From a virus (lineage: Duplodnaviria > Caudoviricetes): a stretch of DNA of 64,000 nucleotides. Within the stretch, counting starts at the first letter, position 1, and every line of letters starts with the position of its first letter. Shown one piece after another: positions 28,924-38,507 of the stretch. The stretch spans positions 149,117 to 213,116 of the IMG/VR virus record IMGVR_UViG_3300002895_000002. The stretch is one strand, 5' to 3'. Below the pieces are notes generated by a model. That model searched no databases. It was given only the letters and a program-made list of their open reading frames with translations, and was not told the DNA's origin. The position numbers and the translations under genes were made by a program.

Positions 28924-31900
28924 ATGGCTAAAAATACCCTAAGAGCATCTGATCTTGATACTAGCAAGATGAACCAGACTGTTGCTCAACAACTCCTCAA
29001 AGCAATGCAGGATGTCGCAGCCGAAACCAAAGAGGTAAAGACTGCGATGCAGGACCAAGTGAAGATTGTTAATAAAAGCAACCAGGCTCTTGTAGCTTTG
29101 GGTGGAGCTTCCTCTGACGCAAAGGCTCACATCAGTGCTTTTGGTAAAAAATTCAAAGGAATGTTGGATAGGGGTGAAGAATCCTTCGGTGAAGCTCTGA
29201 ACAGGATAAAGGATGATGCTACTCTTTCCAGTAAAGCAAAGAAAAAGCTACTGGATGAGGAACTGACATTTCAAAAGCAGTACATCAAGTCCAGAGATAA
29301 AGTATTCAAGATTGAACTTGATCAATTCAAACAGAAACAAAAATACCATGAGTGGGAAAAAGCATGGAATAAGAAAGAGCTAAAAAGAAGGAAAGTTGAA
29401 CGATTAATCGAAGAGAAAGAATGGAAGAGAAAGAAAAATCGTTGGCTGGAAGAAACAAGAAGACATAACCGTGACGAGGAGTATTACCAGCAATACCAAA
29501 AAAGAGAAAATCAAAAAAAGAGAGATGAACTTGAAGGAAAGCAACACCTCTTTGGTAAATGGGGTAAGGCCCTTCTTCAAGGCCATGGCCCTGATAAAAA
29601 GAAGGGCTTTGGTGGTATTGTATCTCAAGCAACCCAGGATTACGGTTCATATGGCAAATTGAAGCTTGCTTCCGTTCTTGGCATGCACACCATGGCTCTG
29701 GTCTTTAAGACCCCTCTGTTTACTATGATGGCAACTGGGTGGGATCGCCACCTAAAAGAAAGAGAAGTTGCTGCCCGGGAACTTGATCAATATAATGAAC
29801 AGTTGATGCGGGAAGAGTTTGATCGTAATGAGAGAAACCAAATTCGTGAAGATGAAATACAGAAGAGAGAACTTGAGAAAGGAGAATATGAACTAAAGGC
29901 TGCCAGAAAAAGAATTGACGAAGAAAATGAGTCTCTTGCATTCAAGAAAAAGATCCTAGAGCACGAATGGGAAAATGTCCTAGAGGAAAAGAAACTTACT
30001 CAATATAAGAAGATAAAAAGAAACCAAACATCCAGAACAGCAGAAAAAGAAGTTGAAAAGGTTGTATTGGAACTTCCAGCCCACGCAGCTGGCGGAACGA
30101 TGGCTGGTGGTCCTGCTATTGTTGGTGAGAAGGGTCCAGAGCTCGTAGAAGGTAAGAAGGGTGCCTTCGTCATGACGACAACTAACCTTGTCCGGAACCT
30201 GACCAAACTCAACAATGGTTTCGGTGGGATCATGTCCACGGTTGGTAGGAAGCAGGAGCCAGGTAAGATCTTTGGGTCCCTTGCTGGTAGATTACTCGCC
30301 AAGCCGATGAGCCTTCTCAACACGCTGCCGGCTATCAAGAAGACTGAAGACCAGCAGCTGATCGTTCTCAAGGCCATCCAGAAAGGGATCGCTGATCTCA
30401 AACCGAAGGCTGCTGGTCCTGCTGCATGGGTTGACACTGATAAGAAGGCTGGTGGTGGAGCTATCAGTCTCATCAAGGATCTGATCACCAACCCAGAGAA
30501 GGTCGCTGCTGGTATGTGGGCAGGGAGCAAGATCCTTGGGACCATCGGAGCAACTAAGCTCGGTGGAAAGGTACTGGGTAAGATTGGCCTTGGTGGTTTT
30601 GGGGCAGGTGCTGGTGCGGCTGGTGGTGCAGCAGCGGGAGCAGCTACGGGGGTTGCTGGTAAGCTCGGTCTGAAGGCTGGTGCCCGGTTGATCCCTGGTG
30701 TTGGTATCATCGCATCAGGCCTGCTCTCTGGTGGTGCTGCCCTCAGCAAAGGTGAGGGATGGGGAGCTGCTCTCGGTAAGGGTGCTCTGTCTGCTGTGGG
30801 TACTGGTATTGGTCAACTCCTTACTGGTGGTATTGGTGGTGGGGTTGCTGGCGGTCTTGTCGGTGACTATCTCGGAGATATGATCTTTGGTAAGAGTGCT
30901 GAAGCATCAGTAGAGCCAACCAAAGGTAATGAGCTACTTGACCAGAAGAAGAAAGGTAACCTCCAGGAAGAAGCGTACAAGGCAATGATTGACCTTCGAG
31001 ACATGGGATTGCCTGCATTGATGTCGATGGGTCAAAATGCAGATATTCAACAAAAAGAAGCACTGACTGTTGCAACGGGAATGAAGGGCTCCGGACCTAC
31101 ACCAACGGAACTTCATGCACCACCAGAAGAGAACATTGTTAGTCCTATTGTTGAAGATGAAAAGCTGTCAGTTTGGAAGAGGATTGGAAGTTGGTTTGGT
31201 GGGGGTCAAGCAGCTTCTACTCAATTAACTCCAACTGTTGGTGGTACTGCTGGTGGGTCTAGATTTGTTGAAATTGGAGGCGAACGCCGCATTGGCGGAA
31301 CCAAGAACCTTCGTAACAACAACCCAGGTAACATCAGGATGTCTGACCATGCTAGGAAATATGGTGCAACAACTAAAGATGCTGATGGATTTGCTATCTT
31401 CCCAACAATGAAGGCTGGTGAAGATGCCCAGAGGGATCTTTTGTTCAAGAGCAACCTTGGGACATCCTCACCGTATGGCAAGGGTAAAGCATACAAGGAC
31501 AAGACCATCGAGGAAGCAATTTACACTTACGCACCACCTACAGAAAACAGATCCCGTCAATATGCGGATGCCATGATCCGTAAGATGGGTGGCAATCGTA
31601 AGCTGTCTGATCTGTCTCCACAAGAGCAAGAGTATCTGCGTCAATCCATTGCTGACTATGAAGGCAAGGTAATGCCGAGGATTGAGAAAGCAACAGCAGC
31701 TGCTCCTCCTGGCAACAATACAGGAATGAACCTAACTACCAAAGCAGTCACAAAGAAAAAGATGATGGACGCTTCGAGAGTCAAGGAGCAAGCAAAAGCA
31801 GCATACAATAATGCAGACACAACGATCATGGCTGCGGTTGCTGCACAAAAGAAAGCCGCGGAAAAGAAACAACCAATCAACGTAGCAGTTCCTCCGCCTC

Positions 31901-32007
31901 AGGTTGTGGTTCAGGGTGGGTCCAGCAAGGACACCGGGCCTATAGTAATCAGCAGTGGGGATAATGAAACCAGTGTATCATCATTATATCGATATATGCG
32001 TGGATAA
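28924..32007 (+). CDS. Tape-measure-like protein with glycine-rich hydrophobic segment and an RNNNPGN domain
   Basis: Coiled-coil N-terminal half, AAGG...AIVGEKGPELV motif, Gly/Ala zipper, LRNNNPGNIR. Confidence 0.7.
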   Translation: MAKNTLRASDLDTSKMNQTVAQQLLKAMQDVAAETKEVKTAMQDQVKIVNKSNQALVALGGASSDAKAHISAFGKKFKGMLDRGEESFGEALNRIKDDATLSSKAKKKLLDEELTFQKQYIKSRDKVFKIELDQFKQKQKYHEWEKAWNKKELKRRKVERLIEEKEWKRKKNRWLEETRRHNRDEEYYQQYQKRENQKKRDELEGKQHLFGKWGKALLQGHGPDKKKGFGGIVSQATQDYGSYGKLKLASVLGMHTMALVFKTPLFTMMATGWDRHLKEREVAARELDQYNEQLMREEFDRNERNQIREDEIQKRELEKGEYELKAARKRIDEENESLAFKKKILEHEWENVLEEKKLTQYKKIKRNQTSRTAEKEVEKVVLELPAHAAGGTMAGGPAIVGEKGPELVEGKKGAFVMTTTNLVRNLTKLNNGFGGIMSTVGRKQEPGKIFGSLAGRLLAKPMSLLNTLPAIKKTEDQQLIVLKAIQKGIADLKPKAAGPAAWVDTDKKAGGGAISLIKDLITNPEKVAAGMWAGSKILGTIGATKLGGKVLGKIGLGGFGAGAGAAGGAAAGAATGVAGKLGLKAGARLIPGVGIIASGLLSGGAALSKGEGWGAALGKGALSAVGTGIGQLLTGGIGGGVAGGLVGDYLGDMIFGKSAEASVEPTKGNELLDQKKKGNLQEEAYKAMIDLRDMGLPALMSMGQNADIQQKEALTVATGMKGSGPTPTELHAPPEENIVSPIVEDEKLSVWKRIGSWFGGGQAASTQLTPTVGGTAGGSRFVEIGGERRIGGTKNLRNNNPGNIRMSDHARKYGATTKDADGFAIFPTMKAGEDAQRDLLFKSNLGTSSPYGKGKAYKDKTIEEAIYTYAPPTENRSRQYADAMIRKMGGNRKLSDLSPQEQEYLRQSIADYEGKVMPRIEKATAAAPPGNNTGMNLTTKAVTKKKMMDASRVKEQAKAAYNNADTTIMAAVAAQKKAAEKKQPINVAVPPPQVVVQGGSSKDTGPIVISSGDNETSVSSLYRYMRG

Positions 32008-32751
32008 TCTTCGTTTATGTGCTTCACTCATTTTACGGCGAGTTTCATCAGAAATTGGCTTTCGGTTTCTAGCTGATTCATTTAGTTTTTGTTGATGCTC
32101 AACAGAACGAGGTTTGATTGGTTTTCCTTTTTTTGATTCACTTAGTTTTCTTCTATGTTCATCTGTTCTGGGTTCAAGTTTTCTACCTTTATTTGATTTT
32201 GATATTTTTCTTTTGGTTTCTTCAGAATGGGAAAATCCTTCTTTGGATTTTTTCATTCTTTCTAATGTTTCTTCAGACATTTTCTTACCTCTTCTAGCAT
32301 TTCCTATCTTTGCTTTAGTTTCTTCTGTATGTTTATTGATTTTTCCTTCTTCTTTCCTTTTTACCCAAGCATCTTTTAGTTTTTGTTTATGGTTTTCTGA
32401 TAATGGGCGTTTCATTTTATTTTTACTATCTTCTGTGTGATTATAATTCAGTCTCAACCAAGAGTAATCTTTAGAATTATATCTACCATTTGATGACATC
32501 ATTTTGAGTGCCATTGCTGTTTTATACCCCTTTTGTCCATTGTTTCTGTGTATTCTGGCTAAAAGCAGATGAGCAAGGAAGTGCTCACGTAAAGGAAGGT
32601 TGACTCTGTTCCATGAGCCATGTATATCTTCTATTCCATCAATTCTTGCGAACGACTTAGGAATAATATGATGATCTTCAGTTTGCTTCTTGATTTTGGG
32701 AGTGTTACGATTGCGTTCGATGATACGGTCGTAGATTGCTTGGTAGTCCAT
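31984..32751 (-). CDS. HNH homing endonuclease with NUMOD3-like repeats (family member 1)
   Basis: EDHHIIPK..WNRVNLPLREHFLAHLLLARI; repeated H(S/T)EETKxKI; AT-rich. Confidence 0.9.
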   Translation of the reverse strand: MDYQAIYDRIIERNRNTPKIKKQTEDHHIIPKSFARIDGIEDIHGSWNRVNLPLREHFLAHLLLARIHRNNGQKGYKTAMALKMMSSNGRYNSKDYSWLRLNYNHTEDSKNKMKRPLSENHKQKLKDAWVKRKEEGKINKHTEETKAKIGNARRGKKMSEETLERMKKSKEGFSHSEETKRKISKSNKGRKLEPRTDEHRRKLSESKKGKPIKPRSVEHQQKLNESARNRKPISDETRRKMSEAHKRRLSTHISI

Positions 32752-32768
32752 GACGGTTTCTCCTTACC

Positions 32769-32854
32769 GATAAATAGATGTGAACGGGGACAGCAGTTTC
32801 TCCACTGTTGATCGTCTACGCCAATAGCGATCTAACCCGTCTCATATATTTATC
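32769..32854 (+). ncRNA. Putative HEG-associated three-way-junction RNA, copy 1, including flanking convergent late promoters
   Basis: Covarying stems shared with the copies at 44127 and 57277. Confidence 0.7.
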
Positions 32855-32878
32855 TAATCCAAGGTTTTTGGACAGAAT

Positions 32879-33001
32879 ATGGAAAATATAGATCCATTAG
32901 AAAATGTCAAGACAGAAATCAAACCGGACACTCCAGTCAAACCTAAAGAAAAGAAATCTTCTGGGTTGACTAGATTTAAGAAGTTTATCAAAAGAGGTTG
33001 A
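32879..33001 (+). CDS. Small hypothetical protein (40 aa)
   Basis: MENIDPLENVKTEIKPDTPVKPKEKKSSGLTRFKKFIKRG, ending 2 nt before the next ATG. Confidence 0.4.
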   Translation: MENIDPLENVKTEIKPDTPVKPKEKKSSGLTRFKKFIKRG

Positions 33002-33003
33002 TA

Positions 33004-33849
33004 ATGGCAACAAAGAAAGGCACATTTGATTCTGCTGTTTTGGGAACTAGCACCCTCACAGCTACCCCAACCACAGATGCGTATGTTGCTGGTGCTCTAA
33101 AAGATGCAAATAAATCAAAGATAGCCGCTTACCCTGCTGCCTCTGCTGGGGTTCCGATGGTGAATTTCCGAAAGAAGGGGTACAAGATGCCAACTCCTTT
33201 TGTGAAAGAAGCCAGAACAGAAGAATCGGCACCATCATCGGCTGGTCCGTCAAGTATCAGTCTATATATCCCGGGTGGCATGAAGGAATCCATTGGAGCT
33301 GAATGGGGTCCGGAAGATGTTCTCCGGACATTCTATACCAGCAAAGGTTGGATGTCTGGTGCAGGAGCTGATGTTATTGGTGCTGTGGTTGACAATGCAA
33401 AGCAGGGAGCATCAACTCCTGTTGCAACTGCTGGAGCAAAGACTGGGTCTGCACAATCACCAAACAGTCTATTCATCTTTCAGAAAGCAAAGGGATTTGC
33501 TCTTCAGTTTAACTATGAAATCATGATTATCGATCCAGCAGAAGGTAAGTATCTTCTGGAAGTAGCAAACTCGTTCAAAGCGTCTACTTTGCCTTCGATA
33601 GGAACTCTTCTTGAAGTTGCTTGTCTAAAATATCCAGACATCTGGGATATCTCATTTTCCGGCCTGAACGGAATTGGAAACCCAGTTATTGGTTCTGGTG
33701 GTAAATACAGAAACATGGCTCTTGTTCAATGTGATGTTGGGTATGGAGAAGGTGTTTCTGTTATGACCTATAAAGACGGGAACCCAATCAAACTATCCAT
33801 TGGATTAACATTTCAAAGTATAGAACTTGCTTTCCAGCCTGGTAAATAA
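33004..33849 (+). CDS. gp48: Baseplate tail tube cap, gp48-like
   Basis: ISLYIP...AEWG, PN...F..A..F..QFNY, LKYPDIWDI, YKDGNP...LTFQSIE. Confidence 0.75.
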   Translation: MATKKGTFDSAVLGTSTLTATPTTDAYVAGALKDANKSKIAAYPAASAGVPMVNFRKKGYKMPTPFVKEARTEESAPSSAGPSSISLYIPGGMKESIGAEWGPEDVLRTFYTSKGWMSGAGADVIGAVVDNAKQGASTPVATAGAKTGSAQSPNSLFIFQKAKGFALQFNYEIMIIDPAEGKYLLEVANSFKASTLPSIGTLLEVACLKYPDIWDISFSGLNGIGNPVIGSGGKYRNMALVQCDVGYGEGVSVMTYKDGNPIKLSIGLTFQSIELAFQPGK

Positions 33850-33858
33850 GGAATTCAA

Positions 33859-34386
33859 ATGGCTACACAATCATATCAGAACTATAGCTTTTTTGATCAG
33901 TTCCCTGAGACGGAGATTGACCTCACTCAGTTTATCAAACGATTCTCAACTGAGACGCCATATGATTTCTCAAACATCCAGCCGGTTAAGACCACCCTCA
34001 AGAATCTGTTTGAACTGACTGAGGTTGTTGACAGTTTCAGGCGGAACGTTGCTACATTTGAACGGTATAACATTGTCGACGGTGAGCGGATTGAGAATGT
34101 GTCCTTCAAAAAGTACGGAACAGTCGACTGGTGGTGGATCATTGCTCTCTTCAATGAGATTAAGAATCCGTTTACCCAGTGGCCAATGAATGAGAACCAG
34201 ATCGTTGAGCTTGTCGATCGCTTGGTGGAAAGTGAGAATAAATATTCCAGAGATGCTTACTACCAAATGGTCTTTGAACGAAACGAGGAGAGACGGAGCA
34301 TAACAATCCCATTGCAGCAGTATATTCCTGAAATCGTGTGGCTATACAGCACGAAGTCTGCTGCAAACATTGTAACTCCTTTATAA
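33859..34386 (+). CDS. gp53: Baseplate wedge subunit, gp53-like
   Basis: YNIVDGERIENVSFKKYGTVDWWWIIALFNEIKNPFTQWPM. Confidence 0.85.
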   Translation: MATQSYQNYSFFDQFPETEIDLTQFIKRFSTETPYDFSNIQPVKTTLKNLFELTEVVDSFRRNVATFERYNIVDGERIENVSFKKYGTVDWWWIIALFNEIKNPFTQWPMNENQIVELVDRLVESENKYSRDAYYQMVFERNEERRSITIPLQQYIPEIVWLYSTKSAANIVTPL

Positions 34387-34389
34387 TAC

Positions 34390-35604
34390 ATGTCATCTGA
34401 ACTTACCACATTATCCCTTCGGCTGAATAAGCTAGCGATAGCTGACATTCCGTTGGATTGCTCGTACGTCAACAAAATCTCAATCTATGAGAGCCTTACT
34501 CAGCCAGGAATAACCGGCAGTATCGAGTTCAGAGACTGGCAAGGTTTAATGGAACTGGGCCAGCCGATTCTTGGTGATACTATCGATATCTCTTTTGGCT
34601 CTGAAGACAGAACTATTCATCCACTAAAGTTTACCCTTCTGTCTATTGATGGCATCCAAGAGTTTGAAGACACAACATTCAACGTCTACAAACTGACATT
34701 CTGTTCACCTTGGCTTGTTCCTGCCATGTCTAAACAGGTAAGTAAAGCGTTCAAAAACAAATATATCCACGAAATAATCCAAGAGTTACTTGTTGATATC
34801 AACGCTCCGGTTGGATTTATTGAGCCAACCAAACAGAAACTTGAACATTATTGTTCTCCGCTCTGGACTCCACTCAGATCAATAACTCAACTCCTGTCTT
34901 ATGCTGTCAACGAACAGAGGGTAGGTGGTTATGTTCTGTGGACCGACTTCGAGACTGGAAAGATCAACTGTGCAACGATAGATTGGATCCTGAAGAACAT
35001 GGGGGAGACTGATCGCCCTATGTTTATGAAGGCAGGAAACTGGAAATATGAAGGCAGGGTTCATGCTGTTAGTGTTGAGCAAGACTTTGACCTCATCAAG
35101 TTTCTAAACATGGGAATGGGTAAGACTCTTGTTGCTGCTCTAGATTATGACCGAGATGATTTCTATGTAACCAAAGAAAACATCAAGGAATATAAACACA
35201 AGCACCTCGCAAAGAAGTATCCTCTTCCAGCAAAATATCTGACAGATGAGTATCTAACTAGATCAAGCACAGAGCTTTACCCGTCAACTGAAAATATGGT
35301 TGAGGAGCAGGATTTCCACGACCAAGTAGATGGAAGTCTATTCACCAATTATACCATGTATTTCTCAGACATCAATAAAGTCAATATCCTTGTCAACCCA
35401 AACTCAGACAGGCGGGTCGGTATGCTTCAACGTTTGGACTACCCATCTGTGAACGAAGCTAAGAAGGACTTTTCAAAACAGATGCAAGGAATGTATCTTA
35501 TCCGTTCCATCCATCATATTATCAGCAAGAGTGACTATACCCAAGCAATCACCCTCGCATCTGATGGCTATCACAACCATGATAAATCATTAGTGGAGTG
35601 GTGA
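34390..35604 (+). CDS. Baseplate hub protein, gp27-like
   Basis: ISIYESL..PGITGSI, G.YLI..IHHII...YTQ.ITL; position between gp53 and gp5. Confidence 0.6.
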   Translation: MSSELTTLSLRLNKLAIADIPLDCSYVNKISIYESLTQPGITGSIEFRDWQGLMELGQPILGDTIDISFGSEDRTIHPLKFTLLSIDGIQEFEDTTFNVYKLTFCSPWLVPAMSKQVSKAFKNKYIHEIIQELLVDINAPVGFIEPTKQKLEHYCSPLWTPLRSITQLLSYAVNEQRVGGYVLWTDFETGKINCATIDWILKNMGETDRPMFMKAGNWKYEGRVHAVSVEQDFDLIKFLNMGMGKTLVAALDYDRDDFYVTKENIKEYKHKHLAKKYPLPAKYLTDEYLTRSSTELYPSTENMVEEQDFHDQVDGSLFTNYTMYFSDINKVNILVNPNSDRRVGMLQRLDYPSVNEAKKDFSKQMQGMYLIRSIHHIISKSDYTQAITLASDGYHNHDKSLVEW

Positions 35605-35605
35605 T

Positions 35606-35905
35606 ATGTTTGGTAAGGAATTTACAGCACGTGGGTCTGATGTTGAGCTCACTGGGTTCTTTGTTGCGAAGGTCCTGAAGAACGCTGACCCAAAAGCTCA
35701 GGAGCGGGTGTTTGTCCGAATCCTTGGTGTCCACGATATGGAAGTTGAGGATGAAGAGTACGGCTGTTGGGCTCAACATTGTGCTCCAAGCAAAAACTCC
35801 GGAGGAGATATCCCGGACGTAGATGATTGGATCTACGTTTTCTTTATGAATTCTAACGATCCGATGTCATGTGTTTGGCTCGGTTGGGTCCGGACAACGA
35901 AATAA
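35606..35905 (+). CDS. gp5 N-terminal OB-fold domain as a stand-alone ORF
   Basis: FFVAKVLKNADPKAQERVFVRILGVHD...P.VDDWIYVFF...P. Confidence 0.75.
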   Translation: MFGKEFTARGSDVELTGFFVAKVLKNADPKAQERVFVRILGVHDMEVEDEEYGCWAQHCAPSKNSGGDIPDVDDWIYVFFMNSNDPMSCVWLGWVRTTK

Positions 35906-35913
35906 GGTAAGAT

Positions 35914-37020
35914 ATGGAATTTAACAGCAAGAAAAATAGCGGATTTACTCTCATTGATAAGGGAATGTCCCAGATGCCGCCAGCGGCACAGGTTAACATC
36001 CCAACTCCGGATGGATCCCCGAAGCTTGTATACAACAAGGAGCTAACTGTTGAGGGATCTGTCGTCGAACCTGCTCTCACCTCTGCTGTTGCTACGGTAA
36101 AAGAGCTCCCGAAAGCAACAGAGTCCGGGATTCGGGCAGGATCACAGTGGCTAAAGGAACAGGTTGCTGTCGTTACTGAATCCCAGATCGTCAAAGATGC
36201 AAAGACCCTAGGGGAAGATGGGCTCAAGAAGGCTCAGGAAGCAAAGCAGGAATCATTGAGCTGGTATGCTGCAAAGAAGAAAGCTCTTGGAACCTGGGTT
36301 CAAAAGATCAACTGTTCGTTCCTGTCTAAGAATGATGCTAAGCCGGAAGCTCAACCACCAGCAAAACCTGAGACCAAGGGTGGTGCTAGAAAGATTGAAG
36401 AACCGGCTCCGACTATTACTCAGAATGTTTACGGAGAGACACGAGTCCTTGCTCTTGACAAGGCAGGTAACTCCATCACAACCACCTCGTCTGAAGGTAA
36501 CAAAACGATATTATTTCAACATGGATCCGGCACCTATCTCAAGATGGAGGACGGTGGTGGAACCCTTGATAAAACCCGGGACAGAAAACTTACGATTATC
36601 GATAAAAACTGGGAGATTTCCATAGGCGAAGATGAGATTAAATTAGTCTCTGGTGATCAGGTCGTAAACATCAAAAAAACTGTTCTGACCAATATAGAAG
36701 AAGATGAGAACCATAACGTTGATGGTGAGCGGTCGATTAAGGTCGGTCAGAATCAACTTCACGATATAGGAAAGAATGATACTACAACTGTTGGTGCTGA
36801 CAGAACTCTGTCTGTTGCAGGTAAAGAAGAGATTAAGGTTGGAGGGGATTCAACAACGACAATCATGGGTGGTGAAACAAGGACGATCAATACCCAATTG
36901 ACTATCACTGTCAATGGTCCGATCTCTGTAAATTGCATGAGTGCAGACATTACTGCTCTCTCCATGGCTAAAGTCAAATCACCAATCATTCGGTTACTTG
37001 GCCGCATAATGATGAACTGA
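35914..37020 (+). CDS. gp5: gp5-like central spike C-terminal (beta-helix) protein
   Basis: QHGSGTYLKMEDGG followed by octapeptide repeats V.G....I.. Confidence 0.75.
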   Translation: MEFNSKKNSGFTLIDKGMSQMPPAAQVNIPTPDGSPKLVYNKELTVEGSVVEPALTSAVATVKELPKATESGIRAGSQWLKEQVAVVTESQIVKDAKTLGEDGLKKAQEAKQESLSWYAAKKKALGTWVQKINCSFLSKNDAKPEAQPPAKPETKGGARKIEEPAPTITQNVYGETRVLALDKAGNSITTTSSEGNKTILFQHGSGTYLKMEDGGGTLDKTRDRKLTIIDKNWEISIGEDEIKLVSGDQVVNIKKTVLTNIEEDENHNVDGERSIKVGQNQLHDIGKNDTTTVGADRTLSVAGKEEIKVGGDSTTTIMGGETRTINTQLTITVNGPISVNCMSADITALSMAKVKSPIIRLLGRIMMN

Positions 37021-37039
37021 TCCGAGAATAAATACTAAC

Positions 37040-37900
37040 ATGCCAATTGATCCAAAATATATACCTGAGATACCGTCCAGCTTCCAAATCGGTAATAACG
37101 GAAACCAACTCAACAAAGAGTTGAAAGCTGATCTCCGCAAAGTTACCCAGTCCGGCCCTCAAGCTGTTATCTGTAATGCTATTCTTGCTGAATATAACAT
37201 GGCTGTTAAGACTTTGGATACACTGACACTCAGCTACCGAGTCCTGCAGGAAGAATTGAAAGGTGCTCTTTCCGTCTATGACCCATCTTGGTATGATGCA
37301 GCAAATAAGGGAATCAACCAAGTAGGTAATGGCGTTGAAAATATGAATCCCCAGACCACAATGACTGGGGCTCAGGCAGAACTGGCGAACGTGATGACCC
37401 AAGCATGCCCGGATATTGCAAACGTGATTCCGGATTCATTAAATAAAACAATCGCGGAATTCAAAGAGCTGGGTGGTATGGTAGGATCAGCCGCAGCAAC
37501 ATGTGCTAAACAGCTCGGAAAAGATGTTCTGACCTCTTTAAAGAATATGACTTCAGGAATGAAGATGGGGAAGATGGATGATTTACTTGGAGCGGCAAAA
37601 GCAATCATAATTACTCCCATCAAAGCTATTGAAACTTTTCTCGAGGTTACTGGTGCTCTCGGATTCTTGAAGATTCTGAAAATGGCCGAGGCATGTTTGA
37701 CGAAACAAGGCCTTTGTGGTTTTGACCGAAGAGTATTCGTTCGTCCGGGAACAAACCAGACTCAGTACGAATATTTTTCAAGACTGCTTTGCGTGAACGA
37801 GAACGGGGAATTTGATCTGAAACTGCTCACTGACGTGGATCGCCAGAAGGCTGATCAAATCTCAACCCTCTACAAAAAATACAAAAAAGTTTCTGGATAA
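37040..37900 (+). CDS. Hypothetical late helical protein
   Basis: AATAAATA promoter at 37027-37034; last gene of the structural module. Confidence 0.6.
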   Translation: MPIDPKYIPEIPSSFQIGNNGNQLNKELKADLRKVTQSGPQAVICNAILAEYNMAVKTLDTLTLSYRVLQEELKGALSVYDPSWYDAANKGINQVGNGVENMNPQTTMTGAQAELANVMTQACPDIANVIPDSLNKTIAEFKELGGMVGSAAATCAKQLGKDVLTSLKNMTSGMKMGKMDDLLGAAKAIIITPIKAIETFLEVTGALGFLKILKMAEACLTKQGLCGFDRRVFVRPGTNQTQYEYFSRLLCVNENGEFDLKLLTDVDRQKADQISTLYKKYKKVSG

Positions 37901-38055
37901 TCTCAAGAGGAATCTAAACGACTAAACGACTATTGAACCCCCGCCCCAACCTACGGTTTAAGGATAACATGAGATCGAGCGACCTGTCAAATTCGCTCTG
38001 TATCCTCTTGAAATCACTTTCACACCCCATATAATCACTTCCCAACAAATATTTC

Positions 38056-38084
38056 TTGACATCCCTCCCTCATTCTGTTATCAT
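38056..38084 (+). promoter_or_regulatory. Sigma70-type early promoter
   Basis: TTGACA-N17-TATCAT with TGn extension. Confidence 0.85.
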
Positions 38085-38090
38085 CAAAAC

Positions 38091-38498
38091 ATGATAATAA
38101 CGGAACAGGTAAATGTAGGTATTGTAGGTTCCCGTCGAAGAGATTCAGATGAAGATCTGGTCCTGACGAGAGTGTCCCTCCAAAAGCTCATTGAGCAATA
38201 CGGACAGGGAAACATTACTCTAGTCTCCGGGGGCTGTCCAAAGGGAGGTGATCGTTTTGCGGAAATTCTAGCTAAAGAGTTTAACCTACCAATCATAATT
38301 CATTATCCAGACAAATCGAAGATGCCGGAAACCCCAAAGCGGTGGGATTACGCAGTTATAGCGTATGCAAGAAACACCTTAATCGCTCGGGACAGTGATA
38401 TCCTCCTTGCCGTCGTATCGTCCGACAGGAAAGGCGGCACGGAGGATACTATCAAGAAGTACCTGAAGATGGGCAAGAAAAATCTCATATTAGTCTAG
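38091..38498 (+). CDS. SLOG-superfamily (YspA/DprA-like) protein
   Basis: VGIVGSR, LVSGGCPKGGDRFAE, ARNTLIARDSD, GGTEDTIK. Confidence 0.8.
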   Translation: MIITEQVNVGIVGSRRRDSDEDLVLTRVSLQKLIEQYGQGNITLVSGGCPKGGDRFAEILAKEFNLPIIIHYPDKSKMPETPKRWDYAVIAYARNTLIARDSDILLAVVSSDRKGGTEDTIKKYLKMGKKNLILV

Positions 38499-38507
38499 GA
38501 GGATACA

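Noticed and set aside
29200-30060. AT-rich Lys/Glu/Arg-rich block as an inserted mobile element
   Set aside because: It is in frame with no nuclease or intein motifs; the composition is explained by a charged coiled coil.
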